Below, one piece after another: positions 9,468-19,308 of a stretch of DNA of 64,000 nt. This DNA is from Thermoproteota archaeon. Its GTDB lineage: Archaea > Asgardarchaeota > Njordarchaeia > Njordarchaeales > Panguiarchaeaceae. Location of the stretch: contig JANJXX010000002.1 of assembly GCA_024720975.1 (NCBI GenBank), positions 1-64,000 of the forward strand, read 5' to 3'. Position 1 is the stretch's first letter; each line of letters opens with the position of its first letter. Under the pieces are notes generated by a model. That model saw only the letters and a program-made list of their open reading frames with translations. It was not told where the DNA came from and ran no database searches. A program made the position numbers and the translations under genes.

Positions 9468-10304
9468 TCAAATAGGATGCTTATCAGTTCTTTTTAATAT
9501 CGAAAATCTGCTAAGTTCGCTTTGTATTGTCTGACGCTTAAGCTCAGTTGGTTGTAAATCCATAATCTCAATAAACTCTCTCGCATTTTTGGGCGCAAAA
9601 GCCCTGAAATGATTGTTAAAGTATATGTATAACTTTCTTACGCTAGGTTCTAATTCCTTGCGAATTCGGTCGGCCCAGCTCTGTAACTCTTCCTTCTTGT
9701 AGTCATAGTAATACCAGACTTTCTTTCCGCGTCCGTGAAATCGCACGTAAGCAAAATCATTGGTGGTGACTCTCAAGATTGGCTGGAGCAATGGTCCATC
9801 AACAATAACAAATGCAACATTATACGACGACAGTAGTTCGAATGCTTTTTCGTTTAACCAACTTCTATGCCTAAATTCTATTGCAAATTCATGATCTTTT
9901 GGTAAGTTATTTAAAAATTCCTCTAGACGTTTAAGTGTTGATTCTGTATACACGAATTCCGGAGGAGCTTGAAATAGAATAGGGCCGAGTTTATTTGCGC
10001 TTCTTAGTGGTGCAAGTGCGTTCAGGAAGTTCATCATTTTGCGATGTGCATATAGGAAATGCATCTGATGAGTAAATTCTTGCGGAGCTTTAACACTAAA
10101 GATGAAGTCCTTCGGAGTTTTCCTAACCCAGAGTTTAATCATCACTTCTGGTGGGAGCTTATAGAATGTTACATTTACCTCAACAGTGTTGAAAATTTGC
10201 GAGTAGTATCTTAACCGTTCTGGTTCATTAATTTCCTTTGGATAAAATCTTTCGATCCAATCCTTATACCACCATCCGGAGCAGCCGATATAGTATTTAG
10301 CCAA
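9468..10304 (-). CDS. DUF72 (YecE) family protein
   Basis: IGCSGW.Y.DW, VEVNVTFY, FSVKAP, LFQAPP, EFRH.SW, YVRFHGR, YFNNH. Confidence 0.93.
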   Translation of the reverse strand: MAKYYIGCSGWWYKDWIERFYPKEINEPERLRYYSQIFNTVEVNVTFYKLPPEVMIKLWVRKTPKDFIFSVKAPQEFTHQMHFLYAHRKMMNFLNALAPLRSANKLGPILFQAPPEFVYTESTLKRLEEFLNNLPKDHEFAIEFRHRSWLNEKAFELLSSYNVAFVIVDGPLLQPILRVTTNDFAYVRFHGRGKKVWYYYDYKKEELQSWADRIRKELEPSVRKLYIYFNNHFRAFAPKNAREFIEIMDLQPTELKRQTIQSELSRFSILKRTDKHPI

Positions 10305-10346
10305 GAAGCCGCACCAAGATTGTATTGAGGATAATACATATGAGTA

Positions 10347-10844
10347 CTACAAAACCTCCGATAAAACTTTGTTAATGTTCCTAAAATGACTGCCGATCCA
10401 GTACACATGACCGCAATTGTTGCAAATCCAAAACTCGTTATGTATTTTGAGAACTGATGGAGGAACCTTGTTTGTTAGATCTTCTTTGTTTGCAGGAACG
10501 AGAATTCCATTGCACAACGGACACCTTGAAAGCATGTCTCTATGGGCTTCCTCGCGAATATTTAGGTTTTCTAGAATTTTTCTTAGGACTTCTTTAAGAC
10601 TCAAATTTGGTTCAATATACATTGCCCTTAAGCCCATTTTATTTGCCCTGCTAGCTAGCTGTTTGTCAGAGGTTAATAGAATTCTGTCATCTTTCATTGC
10701 TATTCTTAAGATAGCTTTATCAACATCTATGTTTTCCTTTCTAAAACTGCTAGCAGAAAGCGTATCAAAACCTAAAATTCTCAGCCAGCGCGCTAGATTT
10801 TCAAGCATCTCATCAACAATAAATTTCGTCAAGCTTGTCACCAA
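10347..10844 (-). CDS. Mut7-C RNase (PIN-like, DUF82) with Zn ribbon
   Basis: FIVDEML..LARWLRILGFDT, LLTSD, RCPLCNG, C..CGHVYWIGSH. Confidence 0.93.
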   Translation of the reverse strand: MVTSLTKFIVDEMLENLARWLRILGFDTLSASSFRKENIDVDKAILRIAMKDDRILLTSDKQLASRANKMGLRAMYIEPNLSLKEVLRKILENLNIREEAHRDMLSRCPLCNGILVPANKEDLTNKVPPSVLKIHNEFWICNNCGHVYWIGSHFRNINKVLSEVL

Positions 10845-11064
10845 CTTGACTAAAACTAATCCCTCGAGAAAATTGGAACTCTTAGATTAAACTCAAGACG
10901 CAGCATATCTTCTGCAAGAGTCAATTAAATATAGTTTCACCTCATTTCTACAATATAGAATTAAAGGTTGATAAGTTCAAAGAAGAAATCGGAGGCGTAT
11001 AGACTGAATACCAACACAAACGAAAAAGAAAGCGACTTCTAAGAATATAGGCTTAGATGGGCTG

Positions 11065-11322
11065 CTAAAGCCTAGTGCACTGGGAGCCCTCTTGATATCC
11101 TCTCTCGTCTTGAGTGTACAAAGGATACTCCTTTGGTTCTCTCTCAATTTCCCGCTCTGCTAAGATCCCTTTGGCAAGTCTCTCAAGCCTTTCTTCCCCT
11201 CTTTAATGGGAGCTTGAATGACTCTGTATTCAGCAATTTTCCCAAAGGTTTTTCTCTCCTTCTTCCTTCCCTTAGGTGTAACTTGCAGCGGGCCCTTGAA
11301 GATACTCTGCCTTTGCTACATT
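11065..11322 (-). pseudogene. Possible decayed small gene (AbrB/antitoxin-like)
   Basis: Purine-rich protein-like fragments in three frames (RVSSR, VTPKGRKK, EERLERLAKGILAEREIERE) broken by stops. Confidence 0.2.
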
Positions 11323-11512
11323 ATAATATCTCTCTGCCTGTGAATGTTCATGACTTGAGTTTTGCGCTCCAAGTTTATGAGCTTGGTGTGTATGAAGTTT
11401 AACGCAACTCTCGTCTGCAATTTTGTCCATAAAAATATGTAAGCTTCGATGTTTTTCTTTTGCTCAAGTTAACTAATTTCCAGTTGACTGGGGATGTTCC
11501 ATGAGGTCTTCC

Positions 11513-12622
11513 TCAGCATGCTTCTAGGATTGTATTTATTAGATCTTCTAGATGGGTATTTGTTTTTGCTGAAACAGCAACGATCTTATATTCGGTGCCG
11601 GCATATTTGTAGAGGGTATTTTTAAGGAATTCTAAGCGCGTGTTGAGCGTATTTTTCACTAAGTCTATCTTGTTAGCTACAACTATTACTGGTTTCTCAA
11701 GGAGACCAGTCTTTTTTAGTATTTCTGTTGTGGCTTTGATTTTCATTTCTAATATGGAATCTTCTTCGCTAATGTCTATAACCCAGAGTAATAAGTGTGC
11801 TTCAGTCATGTCTTCTAGATTAACTCGAAATGAGGATATGATCTTTGGATTCAAGTCTGAGGCAAATCCGATTGTGTCTACTAGTAGTACGTTTCCAGTG
11901 CCTCTGAGTCGAGAGTATTTGGAAGACAGCGTTGTGAATGGCTGTGGTGAGACTAGCTTATTTTCGCCGGTTAATGCATTAAAGAGGCTCGTTTTCCCCG
12001 CATTGTAGTAGCCAATTATGGTAACTATTTTGAAACCTAGATCCTTTCTTTTTTTGATCTCAGTCACTTTTTTGTTCAACTCAGCTTCGATTTCTTTGAG
12101 TAGCTTGCTTCTTCTCCTCCTCAACCATGCAACCTTAGGGACCCAGCCATATTCACCTCCGGCCTTGAAGAATGGTTTATCCTTAGAGCCGTGAAGTACT
12201 CTTTCTCGAAGCTTGAAGTATGGAATAAGCTTTTCGAGGTAGGCCAGTTCGATTTGCATTTTGGACAATTTATCGCCAGCGTTTCTCTGGAATACTTCTA
12301 GCACCAGCTCATAGCGGTCAATGACTCTTAGACCAATAGAACGCTCAAGATTAAGTTTTTGTATGCTCTTAAGTTCATTCCAAACAATGATTGTGCCAGC
12401 GCCACGTTCTTCAGCTAAGCGTTTTATCTCTTCAACCTTCCCTTTGCCAAATAAAAATGCCGAAGAGGGACTCTGTCTGAATTGAGAAATTTCGCCAACA
12501 ATAATATATCCTGCCGCCTTTGTTAGTTCCTTGAATTCACTAAATTTTACCTTCCAGTCAGCGATCTTAGGCGTTACGAGCATTGCAACAACTGCATAGT
12601 ACTCTGGATCCATCAAATGCAC
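11513..12622 (-). CDS. hflX: GTPase HflX
   Basis: GKGKVEE, IDRYELVLEVF, QIELAYL, GYYNAGKTS, DTIGF, NKID. Confidence 0.95.
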   Translation of the reverse strand: MHLMDPEYYAVVAMLVTPKIADWKVKFSEFKELTKAAGYIIVGEISQFRQSPSSAFLFGKGKVEEIKRLAEERGAGTIIVWNELKSIQKLNLERSIGLRVIDRYELVLEVFQRNAGDKLSKMQIELAYLEKLIPYFKLRERVLHGSKDKPFFKAGGEYGWVPKVAWLRRRRSKLLKEIEAELNKKVTEIKKRKDLGFKIVTIIGYYNAGKTSLFNALTGENKLVSPQPFTTLSSKYSRLRGTGNVLLVDTIGFASDLNPKIISSFRVNLEDMTEAHLLLWVIDISEEDSILEMKIKATTEILKKTGLLEKPVIVVANKIDLVKNTLNTRLEFLKNTLYKYAGTEYKIVAVSAKTNTHLEDLINTILEAC

Positions 12623-12988
12623 CGAGATGTATTAGCGATGGTCGACGCACTTCTTAGGTTCCTTCTTAATTAGCTCAAACTTTAACCTTATTTTTAAATT
12701 TTAGCGACTGAGGGATACACATGCTACTGTGCGTAGTTTGCGTTTGACTAGTCCGTTAATGATTCTACGAATTTCAATGAGAGTCTAATGCTAGCATCGG
12801 GAAGCCCCTAAACAATTATTGCATTTATCAAGTAGGCGGTATAATAATTGAGTTTGAGGTTCTAGTTTGATAAAACCTATAACTCGCATAAGAGAAGTAG
12901 AGGATGTAGGTTGATATGCTAAGATTGCTTAGCTAGTCTCTGGTTGGGAGTTTTGAGAGCTTAGAATGAACTTTGAGTAATAATTACA

Positions 12989-13068
12989 TGGAGGCGGGGG
13001 CGGGATTTGAACCCGCGACACTGGGATCTGCAATCCCACGCGCTTAAACCGGGCTGCGCTACCCCGCC
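12989..13068 (-). tRNA. tRNA-Cys(GCA), CCA encoded
   Basis: Cloverleaf GGCGGGG/CCCCGCC, anticodon loop TTGCAGA, T-loop TTCAAAT, U73. Confidence 0.95.
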
Positions 13069-13183
13069 GTTGTTTTTGCGTCAAATTATTATGACACCGT
13101 AGTTAGGTACAATTATTAAAACATTTCTTATTTTAAAAGTTACCAATTGCAAGTTGCGATTAAGCTTAACTTGAATGTTTGCA

Positions 13184-13792
13184 CTAGTTCTTCGTATTAC
13201 TTTCTTTCAGGCTGTTTCTTTTGATCCTGAATGCTATTTTAAATGGAGTGAGTATGTCTAACATTGCTGCTTTTATTTGTGTGATTGTTGTTTGTCCGGG
13301 TGTTGGTAGCAAAGGATACCCTATTGTCTTAACTTCCCTCTCTGGTTGCGCATATATACCCGCTATTATCATTTTTTCTCCGCATACTCCACACTTAGTT
13401 TCGGTAACCATTCCAACGTATTCATCACTCTGTTTCTCACGAGTCTCTACAAAACCGCATTTGGGGCATTTCAGCTTTGAAAAGCATTTGTATCTCCCGC
13501 GGCCAGGGTTTAATAAATTTGCTGTCGAGTGCAACATCATCGTCCCTTGTCTGCTTATAAATGATCCGAATAATGCAATGAAAAGCGCGTAGGCGGTGTA
13601 TGTTAGTGTTTGCATTGGCTCAAGCTTTGAAAATGCGATGAATATTATCGACAATAATGCGCCTGCATTGAGCACAATACCAGCCAGCATTAATATCGTC
13701 GCAACTCTTTTGTTTCTGTTTATAATTTTTTTCAGAAACTTCCTGTCTTCTTCAAATAGCTTGTCAATAATGGCATCAATATCTCGTGACAT
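13184..13792 (-). CDS. Membrane protein, two TM helices plus Zn ribbon
   Basis: Two hydrophobic segments then CPKC...CGVC; start may be 13792 or 13870. Confidence 0.75.
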   Translation of the reverse strand: MSRDIDAIIDKLFEEDRKFLKKIINRNKRVATILMLAGIVLNAGALLSIIFIAFSKLEPMQTLTYTAYALFIALFGSFISRQGTMMLHSTANLLNPGRGRYKCFSKLKCPKCGFVETREKQSDEYVGMVTETKCGVCGEKMIIAGIYAQPEREVKTIGYPLLPTPGQTTITQIKAAMLDILTPFKIAFRIKRNSLKESNTKN

Positions 13793-13879
13793 TGAATATC
13801 GCCAACGCCTTCTAGATAAAAATAAAAGCTTAAATTTGTCCTTAATAATGTCTATGAGTTTTACTTGCACGATAGTTAG

Positions 13880-14413
13880 ATGGTGACTCTGATGGCCGTT
13901 GCTACTGAAGAAAGCAGAACCCTTCCTAAACCGGAGGGCCAGTGGATTGCAGTTATTAGGATTCGAGGCCGAGTAAACACCAGAGAGGATGTTGAATGGA
14001 CATTAAAACTTCTTCGACTAAATAAACCAAATCATTGCGTTATTATAAGATATACACCAAGTATTCGCGGAATGCTTATTAAAGCCCAACATAAGATAGC
14101 CTGGGGCGAAATAGACTTCGAGACATTTTATCAACTCCTTAAGGAAAGGGGACGCATTATCGGAGATAAATCATTAACTGATGACATAGTAAAGGAAAAG
14201 ACAAACGGAAGGTACCAAGATATCAAAGCCCTTGCTGAAGCCATCTGGAGGGGAGAAATAACTTTCAGAGATTTAGAGTGGTTCAAACCAGTCTTTCGAC
14301 TGCATCCCCCAAGGAAGGGATATAAAAGGAGCACGCGAAAACTCTATCAAGAGCGTGGAGCCTTAGGTTATTGGGGACCAAAAATTAGTGACCTACTGAG
14401 ACGAATGTTTTGA
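13880..14413 (+). CDS. rpl30: 50S ribosomal protein uL30 (archaeal long form)
   Basis: AVIRIRG, TLKLLRL, IAWGEID, KPVFRLHPPRKG, GALGY; likely start ATG 13892. Confidence 0.96.
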   Translation: MVTLMAVATEESRTLPKPEGQWIAVIRIRGRVNTREDVEWTLKLLRLNKPNHCVIIRYTPSIRGMLIKAQHKIAWGEIDFETFYQLLKERGRIIGDKSLTDDIVKEKTNGRYQDIKALAEAIWRGEITFRDLEWFKPVFRLHPPRKGYKRSTRKLYQERGALGYWGPKISDLLRRMF

Positions 14414-16696
14414 GTCCGATTTCTTTCCTCTGGGTCGACCCTTACTAAATTTAACTTTCGCTATTTGTTGCCAGAGTCTTTTGATTATCTCCCTAATTAG
14501 ATGCAGTTCCTCTCTTTTAAGCAGCTGACGTTGGAGTATCTTTTTAATTATCAGCTGCTCGTCGTCGGGAGATAAGAAATTATAACCCCCAGCAAAATAC
14601 ACCTTAACAATCTCGTCAACGACGTCTATACAGGCTTCTATTTTCCCTCCTAAAGAGACGTATAGACCAAGGCGAAATACGTCACCCATATTTAGTTGCG
14701 GAATAACTCCTGTTATGGGCTCTCCGTATTTAAGAATTTTGTGAGCTGTCTCTGTCTCCAGCTCCCAGTAGGTGTTTCTCAACTCTCTGAGTAGACGGAT
14801 TCTAAGCTGCCTGTTAGCCTCCTTAACCAAGCGTTCTGCCTCTTCAGAGAGCGGTTTTATGACGATAGCTGAGTATTCGCCGGTCTTGGGATTAATCAAA
14901 GGTGAGAGATTTGCTACATAAAATTCGTTCTTTAACCAGAAATTGAGGAGCTCCGGATTGGCACCAAAAGACGCTCCGATCCAATCTTTACCTTCCTTCT
15001 TTGCCAATTCCTCTAATAACTTAAGTGCTGTACTACCTAGTCCCCTGCCCTGCAATTTTGGGTGCGTTGCAATACGCACGATCCTGAGTCCTTTCATCTG
15101 CGGAAATGATACTAGTCCAGTATATCTGGTTACATTATCCGGTATCAGTTGACCAAGTGGTGCTTCTTCTAACAATTCTTGCACGCGATCTTGAGGTATC
15201 CCCCCTTCTTCTGCGATCTGCAATGCCACTAATGGTTGAGAATCTATAGTTAGTGCAAAGATTCTATGATGCGGTGCATCGCACATGAGTAGTAGATCTT
15301 TAGGATTGTTTCTATAGTGTGCTGTTGTAAGAATTCCTATCAGCGAGCGCACGAAATTTTCAGCTTCTTTTTCACCAAGAAAGTATTTGCTTGGATCTAT
15401 TTCTACTAATTTTGCAGTATCGATCTTTTCCAGAATGCTTTCATCAACAGGTGCTGGCTCGGCGTCAAGGAACAACATATCAAAGAGCCACTTTTCTATG
15501 GGATCTGTTCCAGAGTACCTGATAGGCTCCTCAAGCCTTACTTTTTGGTAGTTAATCCCACTTTCATCTAGCATTTTTAGGAATCTAACAGCAAAAACCC
15601 TACCTGTTCCCTCATAACCGTGGACGGTACCTGAGAATACTATCTTATCATATGCATTTATGACGCGTTTCAGGTATGAAAATGGAATGGCAGCAACCTC
15701 ATCTATTATAAGACAATCGGCCAGACCCGCTAGCTTTATTGCTCTATGAGGAAATCTAAATTCAAGCCTTAGTAAATCACTTTCGAATTCTTTATTACTT
15801 TCTGAGAATTTATACTCTAATTCTAAAGCTTTATGTGCAATCTCAGCGAACCTGAAAACTTCTTCTACATTAAGCTCATCCCTTGAAGTTATGCATACAT
15901 ATAACGCCCTCTTATGTTTCCTTGCAAATCGCCAGGCATAACCTGTTATTCCTAGCCCTATACTCGCAGATTTTCCACGGCCTCTGTTAGCGAGTAGTAT
16001 TATATAATTCTTCCACTCTTCAAAACTCCTCAAAACTTCCACTTGATCTTGCGAGGCTGCTAGTTTATAAATTTCTTTTGGAAATTGCGTGTTCTCTGGA
16101 ATCTTTATTTCGCTTTTAGTATAGACTCTTCGTTCCTCATTGGGTTGCCAGATGAACTCATTTTTATCTACATCGAAGATGTATACTCCCTGATATCCGA
16201 TTGATTTCTCTATGAGTCTTCTCAGCATTATCTTCCTTGGAGGCTTGGGATAGTATGGTGGAACTATTTCTTCGTAGTAGGTTTTAGATTCATAGTCACG
16301 AGGTAGCATAACCACAATTATTCCTCCACCGCGTACTGTTCCTACAACGCGCGATAATGCCATTACATCTAGCCAGTCTCGCAGATCAATGAACGATAGG
16401 TCATAAGTCTGGCCAAGTATACGGTCCGTCTCCCAATTTTTAATGATTCTTTTCGACTTAGATCTACAAACTTCATCAAACAGATTCTGAAAACGTTTAT
16501 AATTCGATGAACAAATCACCGAGGAATCTTCATCTACTATTTGCTCAGCAATTTTCAATGCAGTCCTAGCCACTTTTTGGTTCTCACCAACCATTATGAA
16601 GAGTCTGCGTTCATAAGCCGACTTAGCAAATTCTCTAGAAACCTTTATAGCTTCTAACATGTAGTCGATGCTCATCATTGCAACCATTTTAAGCAA
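14393..16696 (-). CDS. tmcA: tRNA/rRNA cytidine acetyltransferase TmcA/Nat10
   Basis: ANRGRGKS, DEVAAIP, TVHGYEGTGR, EPIRY, AHYRNNP.DL, RIVRIATHP..QGRGLGS. Confidence 0.96.
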   Translation of the reverse strand: MLKMVAMMSIDYMLEAIKVSREFAKSAYERRLFIMVGENQKVARTALKIAEQIVDEDSSVICSSNYKRFQNLFDEVCRSKSKRIIKNWETDRILGQTYDLSFIDLRDWLDVMALSRVVGTVRGGGIIVVMLPRDYESKTYYEEIVPPYYPKPPRKIMLRRLIEKSIGYQGVYIFDVDKNEFIWQPNEERRVYTKSEIKIPENTQFPKEIYKLAASQDQVEVLRSFEEWKNYIILLANRGRGKSASIGLGITGYAWRFARKHKRALYVCITSRDELNVEEVFRFAEIAHKALELEYKFSESNKEFESDLLRLEFRFPHRAIKLAGLADCLIIDEVAAIPFSYLKRVINAYDKIVFSGTVHGYEGTGRVFAVRFLKMLDESGINYQKVRLEEPIRYSGTDPIEKWLFDMLFLDAEPAPVDESILEKIDTAKLVEIDPSKYFLGEKEAENFVRSLIGILTTAHYRNNPKDLLLMCDAPHHRIFALTIDSQPLVALQIAEEGGIPQDRVQELLEEAPLGQLIPDNVTRYTGLVSFPQMKGLRIVRIATHPKLQGRGLGSTALKLLEELAKKEGKDWIGASFGANPELLNFWLKNEFYVANLSPLINPKTGEYSAIVIKPLSEEAERLVKEANRQLRIRLLRELRNTYWELETETAHKILKYGEPITGVIPQLNMGDVFRLGLYVSLGGKIEACIDVVDEIVKVYFAGGYNFLSPDDEQLIIKKILQRQLLKREELHLIREIIKRLWQQIAKVKFSKGRPRGKKSDSKHSSQ

Positions 16697-16711
16697 ACGC
16701 TATTCCCACGA

Positions 16712-17326
16712 CTAAGGAGTTTTCTCAGGAATTTCTGGTTTTTTGAAAGATTGCGAAAATAAGAACCTAAATAAGCTTCTGGCGAGTAAACGGCTGACGC
16801 GCAATGGTTCTATATAACGACCATGGATAGCGAATAGGTTAAGTATATTTGTAGCATTCGTGATAGTTATTCCTACGGGCCTTATGTAGACTATGTATCC
16901 ATTTCTTAATCTGACTGGAATCCTCGGACCATTTCTGCGATAGATCTCTATTCGCTTTTCGGCGTCTGGTAAATCCACGAGGAATTTCTCTATTCCTGAA
17001 GATTCCTCGTATGAGACTGCTATTATTGGTGCCCCCGTGCATTCATAAAGCTTGTTGAGGTCTATGATGTTATATAGTGATATTATCGTTCCTGAGAGAA
17101 CTATCACTCTGACGTCAGGTCTTCCCAGCTGATTGTATATTGAGAGTACGGCATCTGTAGCATCTAATCCACCAACCGTACATAGTGAAAAGCCAAAACC
17201 ATCAATTTGGAGATCAGCTCTCATTACCACGCCTGCTAGCAAAGATTTATTGATAGGTGACTTCTTAAGAAACGATTCTGCAATGCCGAGGACTCTTAAT
17301 TCTTTTTTCGGAGTGATCCACTTCAC
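16712..17326 (-). CDS. DUF99 family (endonuclease V-like/EndodU) protein
   Basis: RVLGIAESF, GVVMRADL.IDG, VGGLDATD, EPLRVSRLLA. Confidence 0.88.
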   Translation of the reverse strand: MKWITPKKELRVLGIAESFLKKSPINKSLLAGVVMRADLQIDGFGFSLCTVGGLDATDAVLSIYNQLGRPDVRVIVLSGTIISLYNIIDLNKLYECTGAPIIAVSYEESSGIEKFLVDLPDAEKRIEIYRRNGPRIPVRLRNGYIVYIRPVGITITNATNILNLFAIHGRYIEPLRVSRLLARSLFRFLFSQSFKKPEIPEKTP

Positions 17327-18252
17327 TGAGCTGGCACCTCAATGCTTGAGCCCTGCAGGTAGTTAAAGATTACTACACTAATGCTTGTACTAATATCTTC
17401 CAAGTTTTCCACTTGCGAGCTTAAGAGTATTGCGATGGAAACAATTTTTGTGCCGTAGAAAGGGTAAATGATACTCCAGCTGCCTAGTCCAATGGTCACG
17501 TTACCATAAGAAACTTGAATGTAGATTTTGCTTATTGACTCCATACTGCTTATTTTCGACGTTATATTTAGCTTCAAGGTTATATAATAGTCGCTTTCGA
17601 TTTTGTAGAGGCTTTTAGAAACTACTGTGACACTCCAATATCCCCTACCAGAGACATGACTATGGACGAGAAGTAACAAAACTATTGAGAGAAGCAAAGC
17701 CATGCAAATTATAACGACTCTCCTATTTTTGAGATATTGGAGAACCGGAGCTATTTGTATGTGCTCTTCAAATCCTTTAGCTATATATGTCAGGATCACC
17801 AGTGTCCCTAGCAATATCAGTAAAAATCTTGCACTTGGTTCGTCGAACATCAAAAATATATAACCCAAAAATTGTACACGAGCAACAAGAATGCCTATAA
17901 CATTATCTTCTCTGACCCAACCCCAAACATCAACACAAGGGTTTGTATCAGGATTATCACCTTTTGTTAGGAAGTATCTTACACTATCGTGCTCTTTCAC
18001 AGCAACTACTCTGTGTAGAATAAGCACACTGGGATCGCGGGGATCTCTGAAAACGATTACGTCTCCCACGGATATCTCTTTGGGATCTACACGTTTGATT
18101 ATTACTAAATCGCCTCGGTTGTATGTAGGCTCCATAGAGCCAGATTTTATGTAAGATATCATATACTGTTCGTGGATTTGATAGATAAATATCGCAAGAA
18201 TCCCAAAGGCAATTAATAAGGTCAGTATCTCTAGTGTTCTTTCCTTAGGCAA
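17323..18252 (-). CDS. Signal peptidase I (Sec11/SipW type) with C-terminal TM and extracellular extension
   Basis: SGSMEPT..RGDL, ILHRV, TKGDN. Confidence 0.92.
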   Translation of the reverse strand: MPKERTLEILTLLIAFGILAIFIYQIHEQYMISYIKSGSMEPTYNRGDLVIIKRVDPKEISVGDVIVFRDPRDPSVLILHRVVAVKEHDSVRYFLTKGDNPDTNPCVDVWGWVREDNVIGILVARVQFLGYIFLMFDEPSARFLLILLGTLVILTYIAKGFEEHIQIAPVLQYLKNRRVVIICMALLLSIVLLLLVHSHVSGRGYWSVTVVSKSLYKIESDYYITLKLNITSKISSMESISKIYIQVSYGNVTIGLGSWSIIYPFYGTKIVSIAILLSSQVENLEDISTSISVVIFNYLQGSSIEVPAQ

Positions 18253-18334
18253 TCTGAGTTACCTGATCAATTACAACCTTAACTTAATAAATGTCCAATA
18301 GAGCTTACAAAAACAGATGAGTTGGTGACCCATC

Positions 18335-18886
18335 TTGGATCTGTCACGCAAGACACTTTACTCGAATACATTCTGTGCGTATAGAGATAAGTATTTAAAT
18401 CGGACACTGTGCAGACACCCGTGTAGCTATGGTGAATGCGATTTAGATCTTTGCCCCATAGTCAACGATCACTTCGCAAATGTGATCTTCCAAGAGGACG
18501 GTGTGTATCTAGTTGTTAAAACACCATCTGAGGAGTACGTTGCTGGTACGTGGGAGAAAACCAAGCTGGATATCTCACCTGAACTAACAAATGAAGAAAA
18601 CGTGATAAGACTTGCACTGGAAAAAGCAAAGAATACACATGAAAAGATTCGAATGGCCCTCCAGAGGCGAATTCGCGGGATTTATGCTCGCATGCGATTC
18701 CTAAAGGAAAGAGGAAAGCCCGTGGGAATATTAGCACCGGTTCCACCTTCAACGCCTGCGCCCGAATTAGCACTTGAAGAGACATTAAAGGAAGAGATTG
18801 AAATGCTCGAACGCAAGGAGAAAGAAGAAGCTAAAATTGAGGAAGAAATTTCAGAGCTAGAGAAAGAGTTAGAGAAAATCGAGTAA
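18335..18886 (+). CDS. Mak16/eL28-family protein
   Basis: FCAYR..LCRH...GECD...CPIVN.HFANV....GVYLVVKTP......WEKTKL matches the eukaryotic Mak16 N-domain pattern; acidic tail; SD GGTGA 6 nt before TTG. Confidence 0.85.
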   Translation: MDLSRKTLYSNTFCAYRDKYLNRTLCRHPCSYGECDLDLCPIVNDHFANVIFQEDGVYLVVKTPSEEYVAGTWEKTKLDISPELTNEENVIRLALEKAKNTHEKIRMALQRRIRGIYARMRFLKERGKPVGILAPVPPSTPAPELALEETLKEEIEMLERKEKEEAKIEEEISELEKELEKIE

Positions 18887-19164
18887 GCTTCCAGTCTCCC
18901 TCTAAATCAACCTGGACTACCTGATTGGATTATATTGATTTCATTTCTCAATACTAAGTTTTGGCAATCTTTACTTAGCGTCTATCACATTATCTAGTCT
19001 GTCTCATTCTTTAATCTTAAGAAGCATTTCCTGAATGCCCTTCAACCTACTAAAAACCAATCTGTAAAGAAGAAAGTTCTAATTCCGCAGACCGAATTTA
19101 TTGGCGCTGTTAGCATGCTTCACTCGGTGATCAAAGGACAAGAGCCTGGCTGCATACATACAGA

Positions 19165-19236
19165 TGGAGGGGGCGGGACTTGAACCCGCGGCCTCAGGAT
19201 TGCGAATCCTGCGTGCTACCCCTACACTACCCCTCC
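19165..19236 (-). tRNA. tRNA-Ala(CGC), atypical A3:U70
   Basis: GGAGGGG/CCCCTCC acceptor, loop TTCGCAA, T-loop TTCAAGT, A73. Confidence 0.92.
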
Positions 19237-19308
19237 ACTTTCTAGATATTACTGTCTTCTTAATGCTTTTAAGTTTTTTAGTTATTGGAACCAAACTGGC
19301 GGTCTAAA

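Noticed and set aside
19079-19294. ORFs overlapping tRNA genes (also 29617..29835 and 46196..46393)
   Set aside because: Spurious frames across tRNA sequences.
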